The position numbers and the translations under genes were made by a program. From Octopus sinensis (taxonomy: Eukaryota): a stretch of DNA of 64,000 nucleotides. The stretch covers positions 77,376,001-77,440,000 of the forward strand of contig NC_043000.1 of NCBI RefSeq assembly GCF_006345805.1, written 5' to 3'. Each line of letters opens with the position of its first letter. Within the stretch, counting starts at the first letter, position 1. The notes under the pieces were generated by a model, which was not told where the DNA came from, did not search any database, and worked only from the letters and a program-made list of their open reading frames with translations. This document shows, in pieces, positions 24,692-34,150 of this stretch.

Positions 24692-26160
24692 AGAGGAAAG
24701 AAATATGGTACGGTGGAGGTGAGATGCGCAACAAAAGGAGTTGCGCCCTCGTTAGCTTCCACGGTACTGAAAGCTGAAAACTTCACCATGTGGCCAACAT
24801 ATAAAGGACGAAGAGGGGTTCGGATAAAGATCCCAAAGGTGCCCCCAGAAATAAAAACAGAAATGCTGGTAACAGCTATTCTAGGGTCAGCAAAGGACGA
24901 AATAGAAATAGGCTCGATCAAGGAGACCAATGTTGTAAACTGGAAGGGATTCGGAGTGGAGATGTGGCTGATGGCCACAAAAGAAGACACAGAAAGGTTT
25001 CCCTTCCAAATTGAACTTGAAAATGAGAGAACAATGAGCGTAATTGTAGAGGGGAGAAAGCCGAACTGCTACTTGTGTGGGTCAAGAGGACACATAAGAA
25101 AGGAATGTCCGCTATATGAATTTACAGCAGAGAAGGAAATGGAGAAAAAAGAGACACAAAGTGGAAAGAACAAAAAAGAGAAGGAAAAAGAACACGAAGG
25201 AAAGATAAGCGAAAGCAAGGAAAAGGAAATAACGGTGAAACAACAAGAGAAAGGAAATAACAACGCACTGAAGGAAAATGAAATCAAAGGGAAGAAATTA
25301 ATAGAAAAGGAACAAAATTCACAGGGTAAAGAAGTAATAGAGAAAGAACCAAAACAGAATCAAGAGAAAGAAAAGGAAAGTACACTAAAGGAAAGAGAAA
25401 AGACAGGGAAAAAACAAGAGAAGGAACAGAAGCAAGATAAAGGAAAATACGGTACACGAAAAGAAAAAGAAACAACAGGAAAGGAACATAAGGCACTGTG
25501 TAGAGAGACGACAGACAAAGAGCCAAAAAGACAAGAGAAGGAAAAAGAATGAAGAGAAAACAAAAAGAGAGAAAGAGAGAAACAAAGAGAGGAGAACACG
25601 GAAGAAATAAGCCCGAAAAGGAAGATAAAGGAAAACGCAGGACGGATACAAGATTACTATTACTATAAGTTAGTAACCTATCATTTCTGCCCTGAAATGA
25701 GTGAATTAACAAGTAAAACGGAGGGACATATATGGGTCAACAGGATGACCGACCGGTGGGAGGAGACTGCTCTAATCCCCGAGGAAGGTGCCGCTGAGTT
25801 CTTCAGAGCTGCCGGAGAGAGTGTAATATTTTACACGAAGGTTCGAGTGAGAGAGCGGCTACCTGAGGACTCAGTGATGGACTTCAGAGAAGTGGAAACA
25901 ATTATAGAATATGTATAGAATTGTGAGAGGAAAAAAAAAGAGAAAAAAGAAAATTTTGTGAAATATATGTGACGAAAATGTAACCTCTTGATTCCGGGGA
26001 TCGAGTGGACATTTACATCTCATTGTAAATATTCTTTCATATGTAATTATTACTTTTATTTTTTCCTTTTCTTGTCATTCGCTTTCTTATTTTAAGTTCC
26101 CCGATTGTATTGTCCCCTCTATGTTCGCCCCTTGTGGGTGGTAATAAAATCATTGCAGTC
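24692..26160 (+). mobile_element. Element A: 5'-truncated ORF1-only Tx1-like retroelement
   Basis: Homology to element B starts mid-ORF1 at ~24692; no APE/RT sequence; ends ttgtattgtcccctctatgttcgccccttgtgggtggtaataaaatcattgcagtc. Confidence 0.85.
24713..25918 (+). pseudogene. ORF1-like protein of element A (RRM-like region, CX2CX4HX4C knuckle, K/E linker, ~88-aa C-terminal domain) with one premature TGA
   Basis: CYLCGSRGHIRKEC; ORFs 24713-25552 and 25697-25918 are in one frame and read through after the single TGA at 25550-25552. Confidence 0.85.
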
Positions 26161-27945
26161 TTCATTGAGTGTGTGTTGTTAGTTGTGACCAGACGGTGAA
26201 TTTTTTCTGTGTAAATTGATTTGATATCGCGCGAGGCGTTTGCCTCCACGTGTGGAAACCTTCCGAAGAAGGTGAATTGACCCTCTAATCATGGCGACTT
26301 ACGCGGGTGTCACCGGAAAAAATAGCGATTCGTCGCTAATTGTAAGGGAGGTGTTCCTTGAGAAGGAGAAACTCAAAGAATATGAAAAGCTTTTCAAAAG
26401 GGAGGGTGATAGCGTGAAGCTAATCCCCCCCGCGAAATCAAAAGAGGATAAAGAAAGCAAGACGGTGACATATAGAACCCAAGACAAGGATACGAAGAAA
26501 CTGGCAAGAGTGGAGATAGACGAAATTGAGAAATGTCTGGGAGACATAATGGGGAAAATAACTTACGTGAGTAGAGGCAAGAAATTTGGTACGGTGGAGG
26601 TGAGATGTGCAACGGAGGAAATTGTGACCTCACTGGCTACCACCGTACTAAGAGCCGAAAAATTCACAATGTGGCCCTCATACAAGGGAAGAAGAGGGGT
26701 CCGGGTTAAAATCCCGAATATATCCCCAGAAGTGAAAATAGAATGGCTGGCAACATCTATTCTAGGAGCAGCAGAAGAGAAAGTAGAGGTAGAATCAATT
26801 AAGGAGTCCAACGCGATAAATTGGAGAGGATATGGGGTAGAATTGTGGCTGATGGCCACAAAAGAGGATATTGAAAGGTTTCCCCACAGAATTGAAATTG
26901 AAGAGGAAAAAACCCTCAGCGTAATTGTAGAGGGGAGAAAACCAAACTGTTACTTGTGTGGGACAAGGGGGCACATTAAAAAAGAGTGCCCGTTATATGA
27001 ATTCGTAGCGGAGTGCGAGCAGGAACTTGAAGAAAAGAAGAATACTGTAAATGAGAAAGAAAGCATAGAAAAGGAAACAAAACAACAAGAGAAAGGAAAT
27101 AATAAGTCAATGAAGGAAAAAGAAATAAAAGAAAAGAAAGAAATAGAACCAAAACAGAGTCAGGGAAAAAAAAGGAAAAGGAAACAATAGGAAAAAAAAC
27201 AAGAGAGGGATCAGAATCAAACGAAAAGAAAGGACGGCACACAAAAGGAAAAAGAAAATACAGGAAAGGAACAGAAAGCAAGAGAGAAAACAGACAAAGA
27301 GCCAAAAAGACAAGAGAAGGAAGGAGAAAGAAAAGAAGGCAAAAAGAGAGAAAGAGAGAAACAAAGAGAGGAGAACAAGGAAGAAATAAGCCCGAAAAGG
27401 AAGATGAGGGAAAACGCAGGACGGAAACAAGATTACTATTACTACAAGTTAGTAACCTACCATTTCTGCCCTGTAATGAATGACTTAACAAGTAAAACGG
27501 AGGGACATGTATGGGTCAACAGGATGACCGACCGGTGGCAGGAGACTGCCCTAATCCCCGAGGAAGTAGTCGCTGAGTTCTTCAGAGCTGCCGGGGAAAA
27601 TGTAATATTTTACACGAAGGTTCGAGTGAGAGAGCGGCTGCCTGAGGATTCAGTGATGGACTTCAGAGAAGTAGAAAAAATCATCGAATATGTGTAAAAT
27701 TGTGAGAGGAAAAAAAAAAAAAGAAAAAATTTTGTGAAATATTTGTGATAAAACTGACGAAAATGTAACCTCTTGATTCCGGGGATCGAGTGGACATTTA
27801 CATCTCATTGTAAATATTCTTTCATATGTCATTATTACTTTTATTTTTTCCTTTTCTTGTCATTCGGTTTCTTATTTTAAGTTCCCCGATTGTATTGTCC
27901 CCTCTATGCTCGCCCCTTGTGGGTGGTAATAAAATCATTGCAGTC
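26161..27945 (+). mobile_element. Element B: apparently full-length (~1.8 kb) ORF1-only Tx1-like retroelement
   Basis: ~130-bp 5' UTR, ORF1 from ATG 26291, 3' UTR nearly identical to A, same 3' terminus; no ORF2. Confidence 0.88.
26291..27697 (+). pseudogene. ORF1-like protein of element B, frameshifted in A-runs of the linker
   Basis: MATYAGVTG..RGKKFGTVEVRCATEE..EGRKPNCYLCGTRGHIKKEC; reading resumes in the same frame with DYYYYKLVTYHFCP..IIEYV (27404-27697). Confidence 0.85.
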
Positions 27946-28193
27946 TGTTAATTGCGTAGTGAGTTATTATATTTTCCTCTGTTATATTCTACTGTGTTTT
28001 TGAAGTACTGTTGACTTTGTCTGTATTGTCTGTTGTTGTACAATTATTGTAATCATCCTTCGTGTGAGGGCTTCGTGTTGGTGTTCCCCCCTCCGTGGGG
28101 GAAAAACTATTATTATTGCTGCATTTGAGGCTTGCAAAACCAAAAACTTTTTGTCGCGGTTGTGCTAAAGGCTTGTTAAGTCAGTGTTAGGAG

Positions 28194-29500
28194 ATGGACA
28201 CCCCCATCTCCTATTCACATGTGACAAGTGATGCAAGATCACCGACGGTGTCGCCGAAAAAAAAAAGAAACCCCAGCACCAGCTAGAAAATTTTCTGAAG
28301 TAGCTGGAAAGAAAATTAAAAAAATTAACACTGCAAAACCTGCAGAAATACGCAGACTGTTTGATAAAAGAGGGCACAGAATTAACGGTGGTTACTAATG
28401 CCCAAAAGCAAGAAGAGATTGATAAAAAAAGAATAATATATAAGACATTCAACATCACAAGTAAGTCTATTCAAAAAATAGAGGAGAAAAAGATAGAAAA
28501 CTGCCTGAAGCCGATATGGGATAAGATTACGTACATCAATCGCGGGAAAAAATACGGCACAGTGGAGGTGAGATTTGCAACAGAGGAAGTAGCCAAAAAG
28601 CTATCCATGGAACCCATGAAAGCGGAGAATATTGTTCTCCTCCCCTTGTATAGAGGCAAAAGAACCTCAAGGATAACAATGAACAATATTCCGCCAGAAG
28701 CGGACGCCACATGTCTGGTGGCAGCAGTTATGGTAGGCCTGGAGGAAAAAATAAACATCCTCCAGGCCACAGTAGAGGAGGAAGAAAATTGGAAAGGGCA
28801 GCGTATAACGATAGCCATCCAGGCAGAGATACAAACACTGGAAGAGATTCCGGAGACACTGAAAATCAGTGAGGAGGAAAGAGTCACAGTCTTTGTAGAG
28901 GGCAGAAAGCCGAGGTGCTTCGGCTGCGGTAAGAAAGGGCATGTAAGGGCAGAATGCCAACCCAAACCGCAGGAAGCAGCCCAGCCAGGTGGAAGAACAG
29001 AAGAGGTGTCACCAGAAGCAGCGCCGGGCGGCCCAGAAGGGACGGCTGAAGGTGTGGAAGTGACAGAGGCAGCAGAACCGGCGGCGAAGGTAGCGGCGGA
29101 AACAAAGAGCGAGGAAACGAAAAATGAGGAGGGGTGGTCAAAAATCACTAGGAAAAAAAGAAAAACTGAAACCACCCCTCCGAAAGTAAACCAAAAGAAA
29201 AAAAGAGAGTCTTTGAACTCATTTATGGCCATTAAGGCCTCAAATAATAGACTCGGTAATGTGTTGGCAGCTATGGCCAAGGTAGAAAAAATTGGAAGAA
29301 AAAATGATTACATATTGTACAGAATAAGCCGGAAGGATTACGGACGAATAAAGTCCGAATTTTTTCATGACGTGGGCCCCCTCAGAATGGATATATCATC
29401 ACCATATATATTCGAGGGCCTGCGTAAGACTCCCACACGAGGCCCAGAAAAAGAGGAAAAAAATGAAGAAGAGAAAGGAAAAGTCGAACCACTGATATAA
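28194..29500 (+). CDS. LINE ORF1 (nucleic-acid-binding, CCHC knuckle) of element C; N-terminus frameshifted in an A-run
   Basis: 379-aa open frame 28361-29500; ATG at 28194 (MDTPISYSHV) in another frame; homologous to ORF1 of A and B up to the knuckle, with a different C-terminus. Confidence 0.85.
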
Positions 29501-29508
29501 GGTAAGTC

Positions 29509-32500
29509 ATGGATTACATTTATGTTGGTTGTTTAAATGTGCGCGGCCTGGGATCAAGCTGGAAGCAAGGTCGCTTCCTTAATGATATCAGGTCGCGTAA
29601 TTTGGATGTTATTGTTGCTACAGAAACCCGGTTAGAGGGGCCAAGAGGTCTACTCCCGCTGTTTGACGGCTACGAGAGTTTTTTGGCTCCGGCCAGTCCT
29701 ACAGGCGGGGGTGGGGTGTTGGTCCTATTAAAAAGAAACCGGGTTTTTGAGAAAAAGATAATTTTTTCAGACCCAGAAGGAAGGCTGGTCGTCATGGATT
29801 TGACGTTCAGTAACGGTAAAGTTATCAGACTGGTTGCGATTTACGCACCCAACCAAAAAGGGCAAAGTGATTATTTTCGAGAACTGGAAAACTTTCTTGG
29901 TACTTCGCATTCATTAGTTGTGCTAGGAGACTTTAACACAATTTGCAAAGCGGATGTAGATTGTGTTGGCTTGCGTCCAGATAGAAAAGGTAACATTGGC
30001 TTCCTGGAACTGCTAAGCCGCTTTGAGCTAGCAGATCCTTATAGGTTGGAATTTCCGAACGCTCCATTGTGGACATGGTTAAACAGCGACGGATCTTCCA
30101 GGTCATACATAGATAGGATACTAATTAGAAAAGTAGACAGAAAAATAGCTAAGTGTCCACAGTTTTACCTGATCAGCTACAGTGATCATAAAATGGTCAC
30201 CTGTAAGCTTGACATTGGAAGCTCCGGTTATTGGAAACTTAATAATTTTGGCGATTAAGGAGTACAGAGACCGGATTAGGACTATAATTCAGAGGACGCT
30301 ATCTGGTGCCATCATTAATAACAAATGGTGGTATGCCCTCAAGCGAGCCATCAAATTCGAGATATAGCTTGACATAGATAAGGTTAAAAATAGAGGCTCC
30401 GGTTATTGGAAACTTAATAATTTTGGCGATTAAGGAGTACAGAGACCGGATTAGGACTATAATTCAGAGGACGCTATCTGGTGCCATCATTAATAACAAA
30501 TGGTGGTATGCCCTCAAGCGAGCCATCAAATTCGAGATATAGCATAGGATTAGTGGCTAGAGAGGCTAGGAGGGAATCTACTCTAGTTAAGGAATTAGAG
30601 GAAGCCTTGAAAACTGGCTCTGCGGCTCAGGTGACGGCCAAGAGACTGGCGTTAAACCAGCACCTCGAGGCCAAACACATGGGCTGCATTGTCAGGGCTA
30701 GGATCCGCGCAATGGGTTGTGAAGGAATCAACGCCGTGAGATGGGCCCGAGTGGTGGAAGCTCAGCGTGGTAACAACGCCACGATTCGATCTATGACGAA
30801 CCAACAAGGTGAGTTGATAAACGAGCCCGAGGAGATGTGTGAGGCCTTTCAGGAGCACTTCGCTCAGCTTTTCGGTGAGGGCGGCGGACTGGATAGGAGG
30901 AGGGCCTTTACGGACCTCCTCGACGGGCTTCCGCGCTTATCGGGGCGAGATGTGGAGGGCTGTGAAGGGCCAATCACGCCTGGGGAGGTAGTTGAGGCGA
31001 TGGCGGACTGCGGCGCGGGCAAGGCGCCGGGTTTAAATGGTCTACCCTATGAGTTATATAAGAGTATGCCAGACTTTGAAGATTTTTGCCAAAGTGTTAT
31101 CGAAAAGATTGGCGCGTGTCGTGGATGGTCTGATCGGGGAGGCACAGACATGTGCCGTTCCCGGCAGAACCATTCAGGATAATCTCCATCTTATGCGGTA
31201 CGCTATAGAGTGGTTTAATAGTGATTCTGGCAAGGGTGGGGCACTGGTCCATTTAGACTAATCTAAAGCATTCGATAGGGTCGACCATCGCTACCTGGTA
31301 TCTGCCCTGGCACAGTTCGGGCTGGGCCTTGGCTTCCTCAGGTGGATTATCCAAATTTACGACAACATCGACTCGGTAGTTCGGGTGAACGGCTTCTTGT
31401 CGAAGCCGTTCAACATTAAGCGCTCGGTTCGTCAAGGGTGTCCGCTCTCCCCGCTTTTGTACGTGGTAGCTCTTGAGCCATTACTGCGAAAACTGAGCGG
31501 CATCCCGAGACAGCCAGGTTGTGGAAAATCGGTGTCAGCGTACGCGGATGACATCACCATCATCGTAACCGAAATGGATCACCTACAGAGGGTAGGCAAG
31601 GCCATAGAGGTTTTCGAGACGGTGACAGGAGCAAAAGTTAATCGTGAAAAGTCAGTCGGCTTGCAACTCGGCACTTGGAGAGGCAAGTCGATGCCTCCTG
31701 ACAGCGCTGAGGTTAAGACATCTGTGGCTCTACCTGGATGGTGAACGGGTGTGGTCTCTGCTAGCAAACTGATGTTTCCCAAGTTCACTAGTTTCGGTGG
31801 ATGGGAAACCTGGCTGAATCGTAGATCGAAACTGGGCACATGGTACACGGAGTGTCGCAAGGCTCTCCTGCTATTCCGTTGCTCGGGCAACACCTTCGGT
31901 GGGGGTTCCACCACATTCTTCTATAGAGGGTTGGTAGAGGCGGAATGTGAAGATACCTTGGGGGAAACCCTAGGTCTCGACGATAATCAGCTGGTCAGTC
32001 TGTTCCGACGTACGTTCGAGCCGAAGACACTGGACAACTTCCAGAAGTCTCTGGCATGGCAATGCTACAGAGGAGCTCTACCTGTTCGGGATAAACTCGC
32101 AAGGCACGGTGGCCAAGACAGTCCGATATGTCCAAGATGCGAGCGGGATAGGGAAACCGTCCCGCACGCTATTGTTCATTGTTCGGTCGTGTCTGAGGTG
32201 TAGGTTTATGCCGAACAGCTGTTGTCAAGCACACGAAGAGTACAGCTGTCGACTGAGTCTATTACAAAAATTGACCCACCAGATTTCCTCGCGAAAGAAG
32301 GTAAGAATTGTTTTCTCGTTGTAGTAGCAATTGCGAAAGAGGTGATATGAAAGACGAGAATGAAAGGTTTACGGTCAGGCAAGTTCATCTCCGGCCCTGG
32401 TTTGATGAATTACTTCATCTTTCACCTGAAAAGGAAGATAGGGCTGGAGAGAAAATGCCTGACTAAGAGAGTGTACGAAGAACGATGGAAAGATGTAGCA

Positions 32501-32530
32501 CGAAAGTTGCGAGTGGATGATACCACATAA
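29509..32530 (+). pseudogene. LINE ORF2 (APE endonuclease - reverse transcriptase - zf-RVT), multiply disrupted
   Basis: Intact APE 29509-30258, then internal duplication, frameshifts, stops and deletions (e.g. MPDF joined to LKIFAKVL; PPDSAE joined to VKTS). Confidence 0.92.
30206..30542 (+). repeat. Tandem duplication inside ORF2 (175-bp offset)
   Basis: gctccggttattggaaactt..aaattcgagatatagc occurs at 30221 and 30396. Confidence 0.95.
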
Positions 32531-32954
32531 ATGTAAAACTAGACGAAACCAAAGTATCAGTGGGGAGGCGGGGCTCGTGGGGTCCGAGCTAAACCCGCTC
32601 CCACTCCATCCGTAATGTCTTCCGGTTTGTTCTTCATTCGATTTTTTTGCTATTTTGTCATTTTTGTAAATTTTAAAATTCACCTTTTTTGTAATCCCAT
32701 CCGTTAATCTGACCCCACATCAGGTTGTATTGTCCCCTCTATGTTCGCCCCTTGTGGGTAATAATAAAACAATTCCAGTCTGTTATATATTTTGAGTATT
32801 GTTATCATTAGCGATATCAAGATATAACTTTGTATTTTGCATTTTATGTGTAGATGTATATATATATAGATGTACATGTAATATGTACACATATATATAC
32901 ACATATATACATGCACTAGCACTATGACCCAGCAACGGCGGGTCTTTAATGCTA

Positions 32955-32999
<45 letters not shown>

Positions 33000-33999
33000 T
33001 ACACATATATATGTATGTATATATACGCAATTGTTAAGTATGAGTTTGCGTGTGCGTGTGTGTTCCCTTTCTTCCCTCTACATCCCTTACACACGTCACA
33101 CAACCTATATCCGTAAGTAGATGTGAAATACATATAAAAGAAATCAAAGCAAGTTTCACTACAACGTCTGGTGGAAGTTCTCTATTGTCGCCATTGGGTA
33201 GACATCTACTCATCCCTGCAACACCTATAGAATCATTAAAGCGAGCAAAGTGGCATCTTCGTTTTATTTAGTTTCTTTAAAAACAGTTCAACCGTCGACA
33301 TGCACTCCTCAGTGACACAGTAGTGTTTCTCGTCATATAGCGGTGATGAAAGCAATGTTGTGGTCGTTGGCATCAGCAAAGTGGCCAACCACATGTAAAT
33401 CTCCCAACAAAGTTACCTATTTAGGGTGGGTTCTATTCGTCTTTCATCTTTTGATTGAAGATACTCTATTAGATAGCTGACAGAGATCTTCCTGATCTAT
33501 ATTCTAAGCACCATATTTTATCTTCTACATTCTTTCTTTTGAACATTGATAAAACAATATGTGTTATTTCTAAACCTCAATTGACTTCACAAAGGCAAAA
33601 GAACGACGGAGAGTTTATAGTATTCACCCCATCTATCAAATCTCTCGCTAAATTTTTTGCTAATAAATTACGTTATACAAGAGTTTAGTGGCAAGTGTCC
33701 CATTCTTCCACTCTTCACGGCGATTGGCACCTACAATCTCCCATATGTACAACAAAGGTTAAGAGGTAAATTTCGAGGTGTTAAGTGCTGGGTCGTGCAA
33801 AAAAAAAAAAAAAAAGATAAAAATTGGGAAATGTTTAAAAATTCTTGACTTCCGACCTCTAAATATCAGAATATCTGATATTTCCATCGTAATAAAGATT
33901 GGTCAGCGGAGAAAACAACTCAGAAGACCTGTTACTTTTCAGGGCCTCTACGACAAAAGACAGGAAGTTAACCTCAGATGAGAAACATGACGCAAATGC

Positions 34000-34150
34000 T
34001 TGCAACAGATTCGGCCCACAAGCACCATGTTGAAATCAGGTAAAGTCTCCACCCAACAGCAAGACTGGTCCCTCTGACAAGGCTTCCACATAGTTTCTGT
34101 CCACAAAATTTCACTTACAATGCTTTGGTGTTACCGAGGCTTATTCAATG
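34000..34150 (-). mobile_element. Degenerate SINE fragment
   Basis: ggcttccacatagtttctgtccacaaaatttcacttacaatgctttgg..ccgaggct is antisense to the SINE body. Confidence 0.6.

Larger units (their letters stand above)
27951..32780 (+). mobile_element. Element C: Tx1/L1-clade LINE with ORF1 and disrupted ORF2
   Basis: ORF1 with CFGCGKKGHVRAEC; APE (LNVRG, ATET, YAPN, GDFN, IDRIL, SDH), RT (KAFDRVDH, VRQGCPLSP, YADD), zf-RVT (CPRC..ETVPHAIVHC); same 3' terminus as A and B. The 5' boundary is uncertain (27951-28180). Confidence 0.93.
24152..32955 (+). mobile_element. Non-autonomous Helitron ends (5' 24152-~24690; 3' ~32786-32955) enclosing three retroelements
   Basis: 5' A|TCTTTATATATATAAAACTGAG..gtgtgtctctgtc matches the 5' end of the intact Helitron at 54198; 3' hairpin gacccagcaacggcgggtc then CTAG|T at 32952-32956. 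Confidence 0.7.

Noticed and set aside
25069-27491. Hydrophobic Phe/Leu/Ser-rich minus-strand ORFs resembling membrane proteins
   Set aside because: Antisense shadows of the purine-rich K/E linker of ORF1
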